NCBI GenBank assembly: GCA_041946805.1
Contig: JBHGBC010000131.1
Span: 1 to 17,137, forward strand
DNA from: a bacterium
Lineage (GTDB): Bacteria; Hinthialibacterota; Hinthialibacteria; Hinthialibacterales; Hinthialibacteraceae
Length of the DNA stretch: 17,137 nucleotides
Reading direction: 5' to 3'
Part shown: piece by piece, positions 1 through 6,672 of the stretch
Numbering within the stretch: position 1 is the first letter of the stretch
How the letters are laid out: the number at the start of each line of letters is the position of its first letter
The notes under the pieces: generated by a model
The model's input: the letters and a program-made list of their open reading frames with translations, nothing else
What the model was told of the DNA's origin: nothing
Database searches by the model: none
Translations under genes and position numbers: made by a program

Positions 1-24
1 TCTGGGAGAGGGCCAGGGTGAGGG
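1..24 (-). repeat. REP-like palindromic repeat (CCCTCACCCTGGCCCTCTCCCAGA family), truncated at window start
   Basis: The reverse complement of 1-24 matches 9276-9299 and 9338-9361 at 22/24 positions. Confidence 0.75.
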
Positions 25-37
25 AATTTAGGTCGGT

Positions 38-60
38 GCGGACCTGGAAGTCCGCCCTCC
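38..60. repeat. REP-like hairpin GCGGAC-ctggaa-GTCCGC-cctcc
   Basis: Perfect 6-bp stem with a 6-nt loop, next to another REP-like unit in non-coding DNA. Confidence 0.5.
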
Positions 61-207
61 TCCCGGGGTGAATGAAATCAATTTTACAACATCCGGTACG
101 CACTTATCGGATGAACCTTTATTCTTATATTGAAACCCATACTCTGCCTAGAGAGGCGTTCCCGCGAAAAAAAATGAAATTTTTTTCGATTGATTGATTT
201 TTTTTGC

Positions 208-241
208 TTGACAATATTACATCGGTTGTAATATATATAAA
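208..241 (+). promoter_or_regulatory. Sigma70-type promoter of the histone-like gene with a palindromic operator candidate in the spacer
   Basis: Perfect TTGACA at 208-213. AT-rich -10 candidates are TAATAT (229-234) and TATATA (232-237). Inverted repeat ATATTACA-tcggt-TGTAATAT at 214-234. A/T tracts at 165-205 resemble an UP element. Confidence 0.65.
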
Positions 242-322
242 TAAATCCTAATCAGGGAATCCCGCCCGGGAAAGAAAACGGCCGCGGGAACCGGAAAAGC
301 GCCGAAGGAGGTGAAGCAGTCA

Positions 323-544
323 ATGATAACGAAGAAATCCATGACAACGAAGAGGACGGCCGCCCGCAAGTCAACAACCGTGGGCAAAGGAGTGGCCAAG
401 AAGACGGCGGCCAAGAAGACGACGGCCAAGAAAGCGACCGTGAAACGGACAACGGCCAAGAAAGCGACCGCCAAGAAAACGGCGGCCAAGAAGACCGCCG
501 CGAAAAAAACGGCCGCCAAGAAAACCGCTCCCAAGAAAGCGTAA
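323..544 (+). CDS. Histone H1-like Lys/Ala/Thr-rich DNA-binding protein (73 aa)
   Basis: Strong Shine-Dalgarno AAGGAGGTGA at 305-314 before the ATG at 323. Tandem [10 protein letters not shown] pentapeptides with synonymous variation and no acidic residues. Confidence 0.85.
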   Translation: MITKKSMTTKRTAARKSTTVGKGVAKKTAAKKTTAKKATVKRTTAKKATAKKTAAKKTAAKKTAAKKTAPKKA

Positions 545-558
545 GGACCGGTTTTAAC

Positions 559-713
559 GCGGATGGCGGAACGCCCTGGGAGGCCAACGGTCCCGTGGGT
601 GTTTTCGGGCAGCCGGGACAAACGCAGCTCATCCCTCGTCCAGCGCTTTCCCTGCTATTGCGGTTCCTTGGGATGTCTCGCCTGTAACGGCCGTTGACGT
701 TGTTGCTATCCGT
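559..713 (+). ncRNA. Candidate structured RNA or structured 3' UTR (long irregular hairpin)
   Basis: Nested pairings found by eye: 559-567 with 705-713, 570-573 with 698-701, 585-592 with 689-696, plus inner stems. Many G-U pairs work only on the + strand. A terminator follows. Confidence 0.4.
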
Positions 714-729
714 CCTTTGGGTTTGAGGG

Positions 730-769
730 GCATCTTCAGGACTCTGGAGGTGCTGTTTTTTTCTCTTTT
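730..769 (+). terminator. Intrinsic terminator
   Basis: Stem GCATCTTCAG-gact-CTGGAGGTGC (with G-U pairs) followed by TGTTTTTTTCTCTTTT. Confidence 0.75.
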
Positions 770-796
770 GCCTGAAGGAGAAAACGATGCTATGAT
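768..796 (+). promoter_or_regulatory. Sigma70-type promoter for the MerR-family gene
   Basis: TTGCCT (768-773), 17-nt spacer, TATGAT (791-796) with an extended -10 TG at 788-789. Confidence 0.55.
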
Positions 797-892
797 GTTG
801 TGACGATATTTCACCGGTAATAATTTGTTCGCTCTATCCCATTGCAGGACTGAACCCAGAAACCAAACCGGACATCATTCGCGAGGGGAGCC

Positions 893-1372
893 ATGAAAAC
901 CGCCAAGATTCGACCGATCAAATCCGCTTTTCAATCCGGGGAAGTGATCGAATTGATCCAACGCCTGGACGGCATCAAGATCGATCCGGTCCGGCTGCAT
1001 TACTACGAAAAGACCGGACTCATCAAGGCCAGTGTCCGTTCCGCCCAGGGCTGCGGCAAACATAAACTCTATTCGTTCGCCGACCTGGTGATGCTGCGGT
1101 GGTTCCTCCAACTGCGCAAACAGGGTCTGAGCATGCAAAAAGTCCGGCGGGGTATCTCGTATCTGCGCAAAAACATGCCCCGGTACATCGAGAAGCCCTT
1201 TGAACACGAACTTTTCTTCGTCACCGACGGCCAGGATATGTTCGCCCTGGTCAATGGCGAAGAGGCCATTTCCCTCGTCCGCACTCCCGGACAAAAATAT
1301 TTTGGCGTGATGGTTTACGATTTCAAGAAGATGATTGACGATACGCTGGATGCGGTGGAAAAGGCCGCGTAA
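893..1372 (+). CDS. MerR-family transcriptional regulator, Rv1830/McdR-like (159 aa)
   Basis: MerR HTH and wing LHYYEKTGLIKAS...G.G.HKLYSFADL...LRKQGLSMQKVR. C-terminal FVTDGQDMF...EEAISLV...GQKYFG. SD-like GAGGGGAG upstream. Confidence 0.85.
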   Translation: MKTAKIRPIKSAFQSGEVIELIQRLDGIKIDPVRLHYYEKTGLIKASVRSAQGCGKHKLYSFADLVMLRWFLQLRKQGLSMQKVRRGISYLRKNMPRYIEKPFEHELFFVTDGQDMFALVNGEEAISLVRTPGQKYFGVMVYDFKKMIDDTLDAVEKAA

Positions 1373-1379
1373 GGCGCGG

Positions 1380-2639
1380 TCACTCCTCGTAAAACGAGAA
1401 ACTGGCGAACGTTACCACCGATTCGGTTTCCCGCTCGATCGCCTGGTCATAAAACAAGAAACGCCCGGGGCCGGGACGGGCCACGTCCAGGACCATATAG
1501 ATGGGTGAAAGGCCGCACACATTGTTGCGGTCCTTCATTCCGGCCACGCACCCGAAAAACCGCTCCGCTTCCCCGCTCTGGATGGCCTCCAAAACCTCCC
1601 GGTCATCCCGCTCCACCCGCGCCAGCTCCATGGCGGAAATTCCTCGCTCGTGGCCGAACCGCTTGCCCACATGACTCAAATCCACCCCGGCGACCAAGGC
1701 CACTTCGCCGGGATACTCGTCCACCAGGCGGCGCAACAGGTCCAGACATTCCGACAGGACGGGATCCTGCCGCGGCGAGGTTCCCTCCATGACGTAGCGG
1801 TGAAACGATCCGCATAATATCGGCACAATCTTTCCCCGCCACTCGCCATCCAACATGTACCGCAGCCAGACGGCCTGGAACTCGGCCGAGTGCTCGTTAC
1901 GGTGCAACAGTTCTTCCTCGAACACATCCACCGGCGCCTCCCGGCTGAACCGTTCAACAAACTCCACATCGGTTTCCATCCGCCCCAGCGGCGTATTGTA
2001 GTCTTTGGCCGTGAGGATGAACTGGCTGCTTTGGCTCTGATGCGCGGTGCCGAAGATTAGATACAAGTCCGCGGGAACGCTCCGGGATATTTCCCGGTAG
2101 GCATGCGCGAATCCGATTCCACCCCGGTGAAAATCGATATGGGGCGCGATCAATACCTTCAACCGCTTACTCGTATCCTCCACTTTCCCCGCCGGACGGG
2201 ACCCATCCTCTCCGATCGCCTCTAAATATCCCCGCAGCTGCGCCTTCAGCGGCTCCGGCTCCGGATGGTAAACCGCTCCCGCGTGCGCGGGTTCCCGGAA
2301 GGGCGCCGCCCGGAACTCCTCCCGCAAGACCTCCAACGCCCGTTGGAAGGTTTCCGTATCCATATACAGTTCTTCATCCAGGCGGCAGATTATTTCTTCG
2401 ATCTGTTTTCGCGTGATCAGTTGTTGAAAACGCCGCGTGAAGGCTTCCTGGATGTCCAGAATGGAGTGGCGCCCGTCAAACAAGGTTGCGACGAAAAATA
2501 CCGGGAGGGGTAATACCAGAATGTTGGAGGCGATCCCGCGCGGATCCCGAAGGCAGATTCCCTGCTGAGGCCCCTCGTAGTGGGGAAACGCCTCCACGGG
2601 ACGGATTTTGGGATACTCGCGGTCATACCGTTCCGACAC
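1380..2639 (-). CDS. amrB: AmmeMemoRadiSam system protein B (MEMO1 family) with N-terminal extension
   Basis: Motifs R.PAHAG..Y, APH, GTAH, TPLG, EHS.EFQ, VDLSH.G and N.CG..PI. GTG start with GGAG upstream. Confidence 0.85.
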   Translation of the reverse strand: MSERYDREYPKIRPVEAFPHYEGPQQGICLRDPRGIASNILVLPLPVFFVATLFDGRHSILDIQEAFTRRFQQLITRKQIEEIICRLDEELYMDTETFQRALEVLREEFRAAPFREPAHAGAVYHPEPEPLKAQLRGYLEAIGEDGSRPAGKVEDTSKRLKVLIAPHIDFHRGGIGFAHAYREISRSVPADLYLIFGTAHQSQSSQFILTAKDYNTPLGRMETDVEFVERFSREAPVDVFEEELLHRNEHSAEFQAVWLRYMLDGEWRGKIVPILCGSFHRYVMEGTSPRQDPVLSECLDLLRRLVDEYPGEVALVAGVDLSHVGKRFGHERGISAMELARVERDDREVLEAIQSGEAERFFGCVAGMKDRNNVCGLSPIYMVLDVARPGPGRFLFYDQAIERETESVVTFASFSFYEE

Positions 2640-2711
2640 GCCTTTAGCTCCTTGCCGGATGACTCCCCCTATGCGAACGGCGTCCCTGAGGACGCCGGAT
2701 GTGCCGATTCA

Positions 2712-2785
2712 TCGGGGCGACTGGATTCGAACCAGCGGCCTCCTACTCCCGAAGCAGGCGCGCTACCAGACTGCGCTACGCCCCG
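2712..2785 (-). tRNA. tRNA-Pro (anticodon CGG), CCA not encoded
   Basis: Minus strand reads CGGGGCG TA GCGC AGTCTGGTA GCGC G CCTGC TTCGGGA GTAGG AGGCC GCTGG TTCGAAT CCAGT CGCCCCG A, a full cloverleaf. Confidence 0.97.
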
Positions 2786-2811
2786 TATGTTTTTTATTCC
2801 TTGCACCAATC

Positions 2812-2840
2812 ATCCTAATTTCAATCCCCGCTTTCATCAA
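2812..2840 (-). promoter_or_regulatory. Sigma70-type promoter for tRNA-Pro
   Basis: Minus strand TTGATG (2840-2835), 17-nt spacer, TAGGAT (2817-2812), ending 26 nt before the tRNA. Confidence 0.5.
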
Positions 2841-2963
2841 GGTGATGAAACGGATGTCCGCGCACTTTGTGATGGGTTTCGATTCCTCCGGCCCTTGCCT
2901 GCCTATTTTCAAGCTGGCCCAATCGGTGTCCATACGGATTGGGCTTGAGAGATCAATCCAAAA

Positions 2964-2998
2964 TCCCCTCCCCTCCCGGGGGCAGGCGAGGATGGGGG
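2964..2998 (-). repeat. Degenerate REP-like palindrome related to the CCCTCACCCT...GGGAGAGGG family
   Basis: Reverse complement is CCCCCATCCTCGCCTGCCCCCGGGAGGGGAGGGGA, with the same layout as the 9275 unit. Confidence 0.4.
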
Positions 2999-3082
2999 AA
3001 AAACCGTCCTGAAGGGAAGCCGGGACACGTTGCCACACATCCCTTCGAGCCTATGGAATTGAGCAACCCCCAAATACCACTT

Positions 3083-3109
3083 CTGAATCCCCGCTTTCCT
3101 GGGGATTAC
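3083..3109. repeat. REP-like hairpin of the GTCATCCCCGCGAAAGCGGGGATCCAG type
   Basis: AATCCCC-gctttcct-GGGGATT stem. The minus strand reads GTAATCCCCAGGAAAGCGGGGATTCAG, with a GAAA loop. Confidence 0.5.
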
Positions 3110-3150
3110 ATCCATGGCATTCGTATCCGGGATGAACCAGGAATCCGCCC

Positions 3151-3819
3151 TCAATTCATCTTCACGATGTCCCCGTTGCTCGTCAATCCGTTGGTGACAT
3201 CATAAGGAAATCCCATCCCCAGGACATTGTTGTACGCCCCCCGCTTGCCGTCCGGACCCGCTCCCAGCAGCACGTAAATCCCATTCGTCAAAGGCCGCAG
3301 ACCCACTTTCCTCAACTGCGCCTCGTTGCTGGGAGCGAAGAAACTCAATCCATAATCCTGCCCTGGAATCGCGGGATCTTCATCCGCGTACATGTAAGCG
3401 TAGGGTGGCACAATGTCTTGGGATATCAACTGGCTGTTCGTATCCGCCGCCGACGTGGGCGCGAAAAAGGGATCCACGGGAATCGAGGACATATAGGCCA
3501 CCGGTGAGGTCAAGGGAGCGAACAAGCCGGCCGTGCCTCCCCGGTCATTCTGCGCCGCGCCGCCGATGCCGTGAAATACTTCTTTCATCCGATTGATCCC
3601 CTCGGGAATGTCGTCGTCCCAGAAATCGATCAGTAACACGCCCTTATCCAAGCGCAACTGCTCGATGGCGGTCATGACGCTGCGCATGTCCGCCTGGGCG
3701 CGAGCGATCTTTGCCCGCATCTGCGCGTTCAAAAAGTTGGGTACCGCGATCGCCGCCAAAATACCGATAATGGCCACGACGATCAACAACTCGATGAGCG
3801 TAAATCCCCTTTTTCTCAT
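3151..3819 (-). CDS. Prepilin-type N-terminal cleavage/methylation domain protein (pseudopilin/GspG-like, 222 aa)
   Basis: MRKRG|FTLIELLIVVAIIGILAAIAVPNF class III signal with E5. DPF and GAGPDG motifs. SD GGAGGAG upstream of the ATG at 3819. Confidence 0.9.
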   Translation of the reverse strand: MRKRGFTLIELLIVVAIIGILAAIAVPNFLNAQMRAKIARAQADMRSVMTAIEQLRLDKGVLLIDFWDDDIPEGINRMKEVFHGIGGAAQNDRGGTAGLFAPLTSPVAYMSSIPVDPFFAPTSAADTNSQLISQDIVPPYAYMYADEDPAIPGQDYGLSFFAPSNEAQLRKVGLRPLTNGIYVLLGAGPDGKRGAYNNVLGMGFPYDVTNGLTSNGDIVKMN

Positions 3820-4005
3820 CAAATTTGTCTCCTCCACCAGTGAATGGATTCAATTATAAGGTAAATCAGGGTGATCATCTACTCGCTGAAACGTAAATCC
3901 GGTGGAAACGCTGTAAAAAATTGTAATCGTTGGTTTTGGCGGATTTCGTGTTGCTCATCTTTCCTGCTATTCATATTTCACCCGAACCAACCGATATTTA
4001 GGAAT

Positions 4006-5229
4006 GTGAAAACACGGAAACTTATTTTTCCCCTTCCTCCCGAGGAACTACTGGAAATCCTTCGCCGGAAAGACGAATCACTCTCCACGCTGGCCGGATC
4101 CCCTTTGCTTCGTTTCATCATTCAGAACTCACAAGTTCTTGTTTTTGAGCCGGATGAAATCATACTCACCCAAAATTCACCTTCCGATTCCCTATTCTTG
4201 ATCCTGGACGGCCAATGTTCCGTGCGCGTGGACCAACGGATGATCAGCCGCCTGGGGCCGGGCGACCCGGCCGGCGAAATGGGCCTCCTGTTGAATTCTC
4301 CCCGGACCGCCACCGTGACCGCCCTCGAAACCACTCATGTCCTGCGGATCCCTCGAGCGGTTTTCGAGCGGATGAAAAAGAATCTCACCATTCTCGGTTG
4401 GATCATACGCCGTCTGACCGAACGGCTGCAACGCAGTTCGCGTGACGCCGCCCAGACCCTCACGGACATGGAAAAAATCATCCGTGATCAGATGGAACTA
4501 GGCCGCCTGCAACGTTCCCTCCTGCCCCCGGCCATGCCCCAGGACATCCGCTACCGCCTGGAGGTTCTCTACGAGCCGTGCGCCTATGCCGGAGGTGATT
4601 ACTATGACGTCATCCCGCTGGATGACCAGCACCTCTTCCTGATCGTCGCCGATGTCACCGGACACGGGGCGCAAGCATCCATCTCCATGGCCATCGTGCG
4701 GTCCTTCATCCATCAACACAAACTGGGACATGATCCCTCCAGCATCCTGAAACAACTCAACCGCCATCTCTTCGAATACGGTCCCGGCCGGCACTATGTC
4801 ACCGCCCAGGCGGCGGTTGTGGATTGGCGCCGGTCACGGCTCGTTTACGCCTGCGCCGGTCATCCGCCCATCCTGCGCCTCCACGCCGGTTCTTGCCAAC
4901 CGCTGATCGCGCCCCGCGCCCCCTTCCTGCGCCATGATCCCGGCGCGGAATACCCATCAGCGCGGATTTTCCTGGAACCGGGAGACCGTCTGGCGTTTTA
5001 TACCGATGGCATCCTGGAAACCTTCAATCTCCTGGGGCGTTTGTTCAACCTGGAAGGCATTGTACAATTCATGGTCAAGACCGAAAATCTCGGCCTCCAT
5101 CTTCTGCCCGGGCGGCTCCATCAGGAACTGAAACGTTTCCGCCGTGGAAATCTCATGGAGGACGATCTCACTTTCCTCGTATTGGAGTGCCGAAATCCAG
5201 GCAGGGCAATCGATTCATCGCCCCGGTGA
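4006..5229 (+). CDS. Cyclic-nucleotide-binding domain fused to a SpoIIE/RsbU-type PP2C phosphatase
   Basis: cNMP motifs LILDG.C.V, GEMGLL...PRTATVTA. PP2C motifs GGDYYD, ADVTGHG, AGHPP, YTDGILE and DDLT. Start is uncertain; GTG at 4006 was chosen. Confidence 0.85.
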   Translation: MKTRKLIFPLPPEELLEILRRKDESLSTLAGSPLLRFIIQNSQVLVFEPDEIILTQNSPSDSLFLILDGQCSVRVDQRMISRLGPGDPAGEMGLLLNSPRTATVTALETTHVLRIPRAVFERMKKNLTILGWIIRRLTERLQRSSRDAAQTLTDMEKIIRDQMELGRLQRSLLPPAMPQDIRYRLEVLYEPCAYAGGDYYDVIPLDDQHLFLIVADVTGHGAQASISMAIVRSFIHQHKLGHDPSSILKQLNRHLFEYGPGRHYVTAQAAVVDWRRSRLVYACAGHPPILRLHAGSCQPLIAPRAPFLRHDPGAEYPSARIFLEPGDRLAFYTDGILETFNLLGRLFNLEGIVQFMVKTENLGLHLLPGRLHQELKRFRRGNLMEDDLTFLVLECRNPGRAIDSSPR

Positions 5230-5292
5230 TTTTCAGGCTATCCTGAAACCACGGGAAATCGTAGTATAGATAAAATGGAAAGGGACTCACGC

Positions 5293-6636
5293 ATGAAAAT
5301 TACACCTTTTCTCCTTTTTCTTATTCTTGGCGCGTTCTGTCTTCTTTCCCTTCCGGGATGGGCTCAAGAATCCGCTTCGTACAACCATTTCGGCGGGTGG
5401 ACCCGTCTTTCCGCCGAACCGCGGATGTTCTTTTACACGAAACAAATCGACCAAACCTGGTGGTTGATCGATCCAGGCGGTAAAGCCTTTCTCTCCAAGG
5501 GTGTCAACCATATTTCCTTTACGGCTGATTTCTGTCCCGCCTTGGGCCTCAGCCCCTACGCTCTCGCCACGCAGAAAAAATACGGGACCGAGGATGCCTG
5601 GGCCAAGGCCGTGGCCGCCAACCTTCGCCTATGGAATTTCAACACCATCGGTTCTTGGTCCGGCGAAAGCATGCGCCGCCAGAAAATGCCTTATACCTAC
5701 ATCCTGGATATCGGTTCCAGCGCCGGCGGAGATTGGGAAAAAGGACTCTTCCCGGATGTCTACTCCAAAAAATTCCGCCAGTTGGCCGCCCATGAGGCCA
5801 TGATCCAGTGTCAATCCCGCAAGGAGGATCCATACCTGATCGGCTATTTCTCCGATAACGAGCTGCGTTGGGGGGCGGATTGGCGCTCACCGGATTCCCT
5901 GCTGGTCAGTTTCCTCCGCCTGAAACCAGGGGAAGCAGGCCGCCAGGCCGCGTTGGATTTCCTCACCCGCCGCTATCCCTCCATCGATGTGTTAAATCAG
6001 GCTTGGGGAACCCAGGTCGAATCGTTCGATCAACTCCCCGGCTCTCATCCGATTCCCGCCGGCGGCGCTTTGAAAAAAGACGAGGACGATTTTCTGGAAC
6101 AAACCGCCGAAATTTATTTCCGCGTTTGCATGGAAGAGATACGAAATCAGGACTCCAACCACCTGATCCTGGGCTGCCGTTTTGCCGGCCAGGCTCCCGC
6201 GCCGGTACTGCGGGCGTTACGGAACCATGTCGACGTGGTCACCTTCAACACGTACCAGGAACGTCCCCCCGAACCGGCACTGCGGGAGATTTACCAAATC
6301 ACACAAAAACCCATCCTCATCACCGAGTTCTCCTTCAAAGCCATGGATTCCGGCCTGCCTAACACCAAGGGAGCGGGCAAACCGGCGCCGGTCCAGGAGG
6401 ACCGCGCCCGGCTGTTCACTTCGTTTGTCAGTGAATTGATGGAACTGCCCTTCATCATAGGCTACCATTGGTTCGAATACACTGACGAGCCTGCCGAGGG
6501 GCGTTTCGATGGAGAAAACAGTAATTATGGATTGGTCAACATTCAGGATGAACCATGGGAGGTCCTCACCCGCGAAATGAGCAAGACCAATGGACAGATA
6601 GAATCCATCCACGCCGGGATTTCATCCGTGCCCTGA
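5293..6636 (+). CDS. Secreted clan GH-A glycoside hydrolase, GH50/beta-agarase-like
   Basis: Signal peptide ending GWA|Q. Motifs WWLIDP.G..F.S.GVN, FNTIGSWS, FPDV, LIGYFSDNEL (acid/base), DSNHLILGCRF, PILITEFSF (nucleophile) and GRFDGENSNYGLV. Alternative start at 5275. Confidence 0.8.
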   Translation: MKITPFLLFLILGAFCLLSLPGWAQESASYNHFGGWTRLSAEPRMFFYTKQIDQTWWLIDPGGKAFLSKGVNHISFTADFCPALGLSPYALATQKKYGTEDAWAKAVAANLRLWNFNTIGSWSGESMRRQKMPYTYILDIGSSAGGDWEKGLFPDVYSKKFRQLAAHEAMIQCQSRKEDPYLIGYFSDNELRWGADWRSPDSLLVSFLRLKPGEAGRQAALDFLTRRYPSIDVLNQAWGTQVESFDQLPGSHPIPAGGALKKDEDDFLEQTAEIYFRVCMEEIRNQDSNHLILGCRFAGQAPAPVLRALRNHVDVVTFNTYQERPPEPALREIYQITQKPILITEFSFKAMDSGLPNTKGAGKPAPVQEDRARLFTSFVSELMELPFIIGYHWFEYTDEPAEGRFDGENSNYGLVNIQDEPWEVLTREMSKTNGQIESIHAGISSVP

Positions 6637-6672
6637 TCGCCCTCCCATCGGTTGTCAATGAATGGAGACATC

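Noticed and set aside
311..322. GTG start at 311 for the histone-like gene
   Set aside because: This GTG lies inside the SD sequence AAGGAGGTGA. The ATG at 323 has proper spacing.
217..621. Minus-strand hydrophobic ORF (AVFLA repeats) resembling a membrane protein
   Set aside because: It is the antisense shadow of the AKK repeats. The promoter, SD and terminator all support the + strand gene.
2712..3150. tRNA-anchored genomic island
   Set aside because: No integrase and no duplicated tRNA 3' end seen in the window, and the flanking genes look chromosomal.
3871..4005. N-terminal extension of the cNMP-PP2C ORF
   Set aside because: AT-rich divergent promoter region with non-protein-like composition and no SD.
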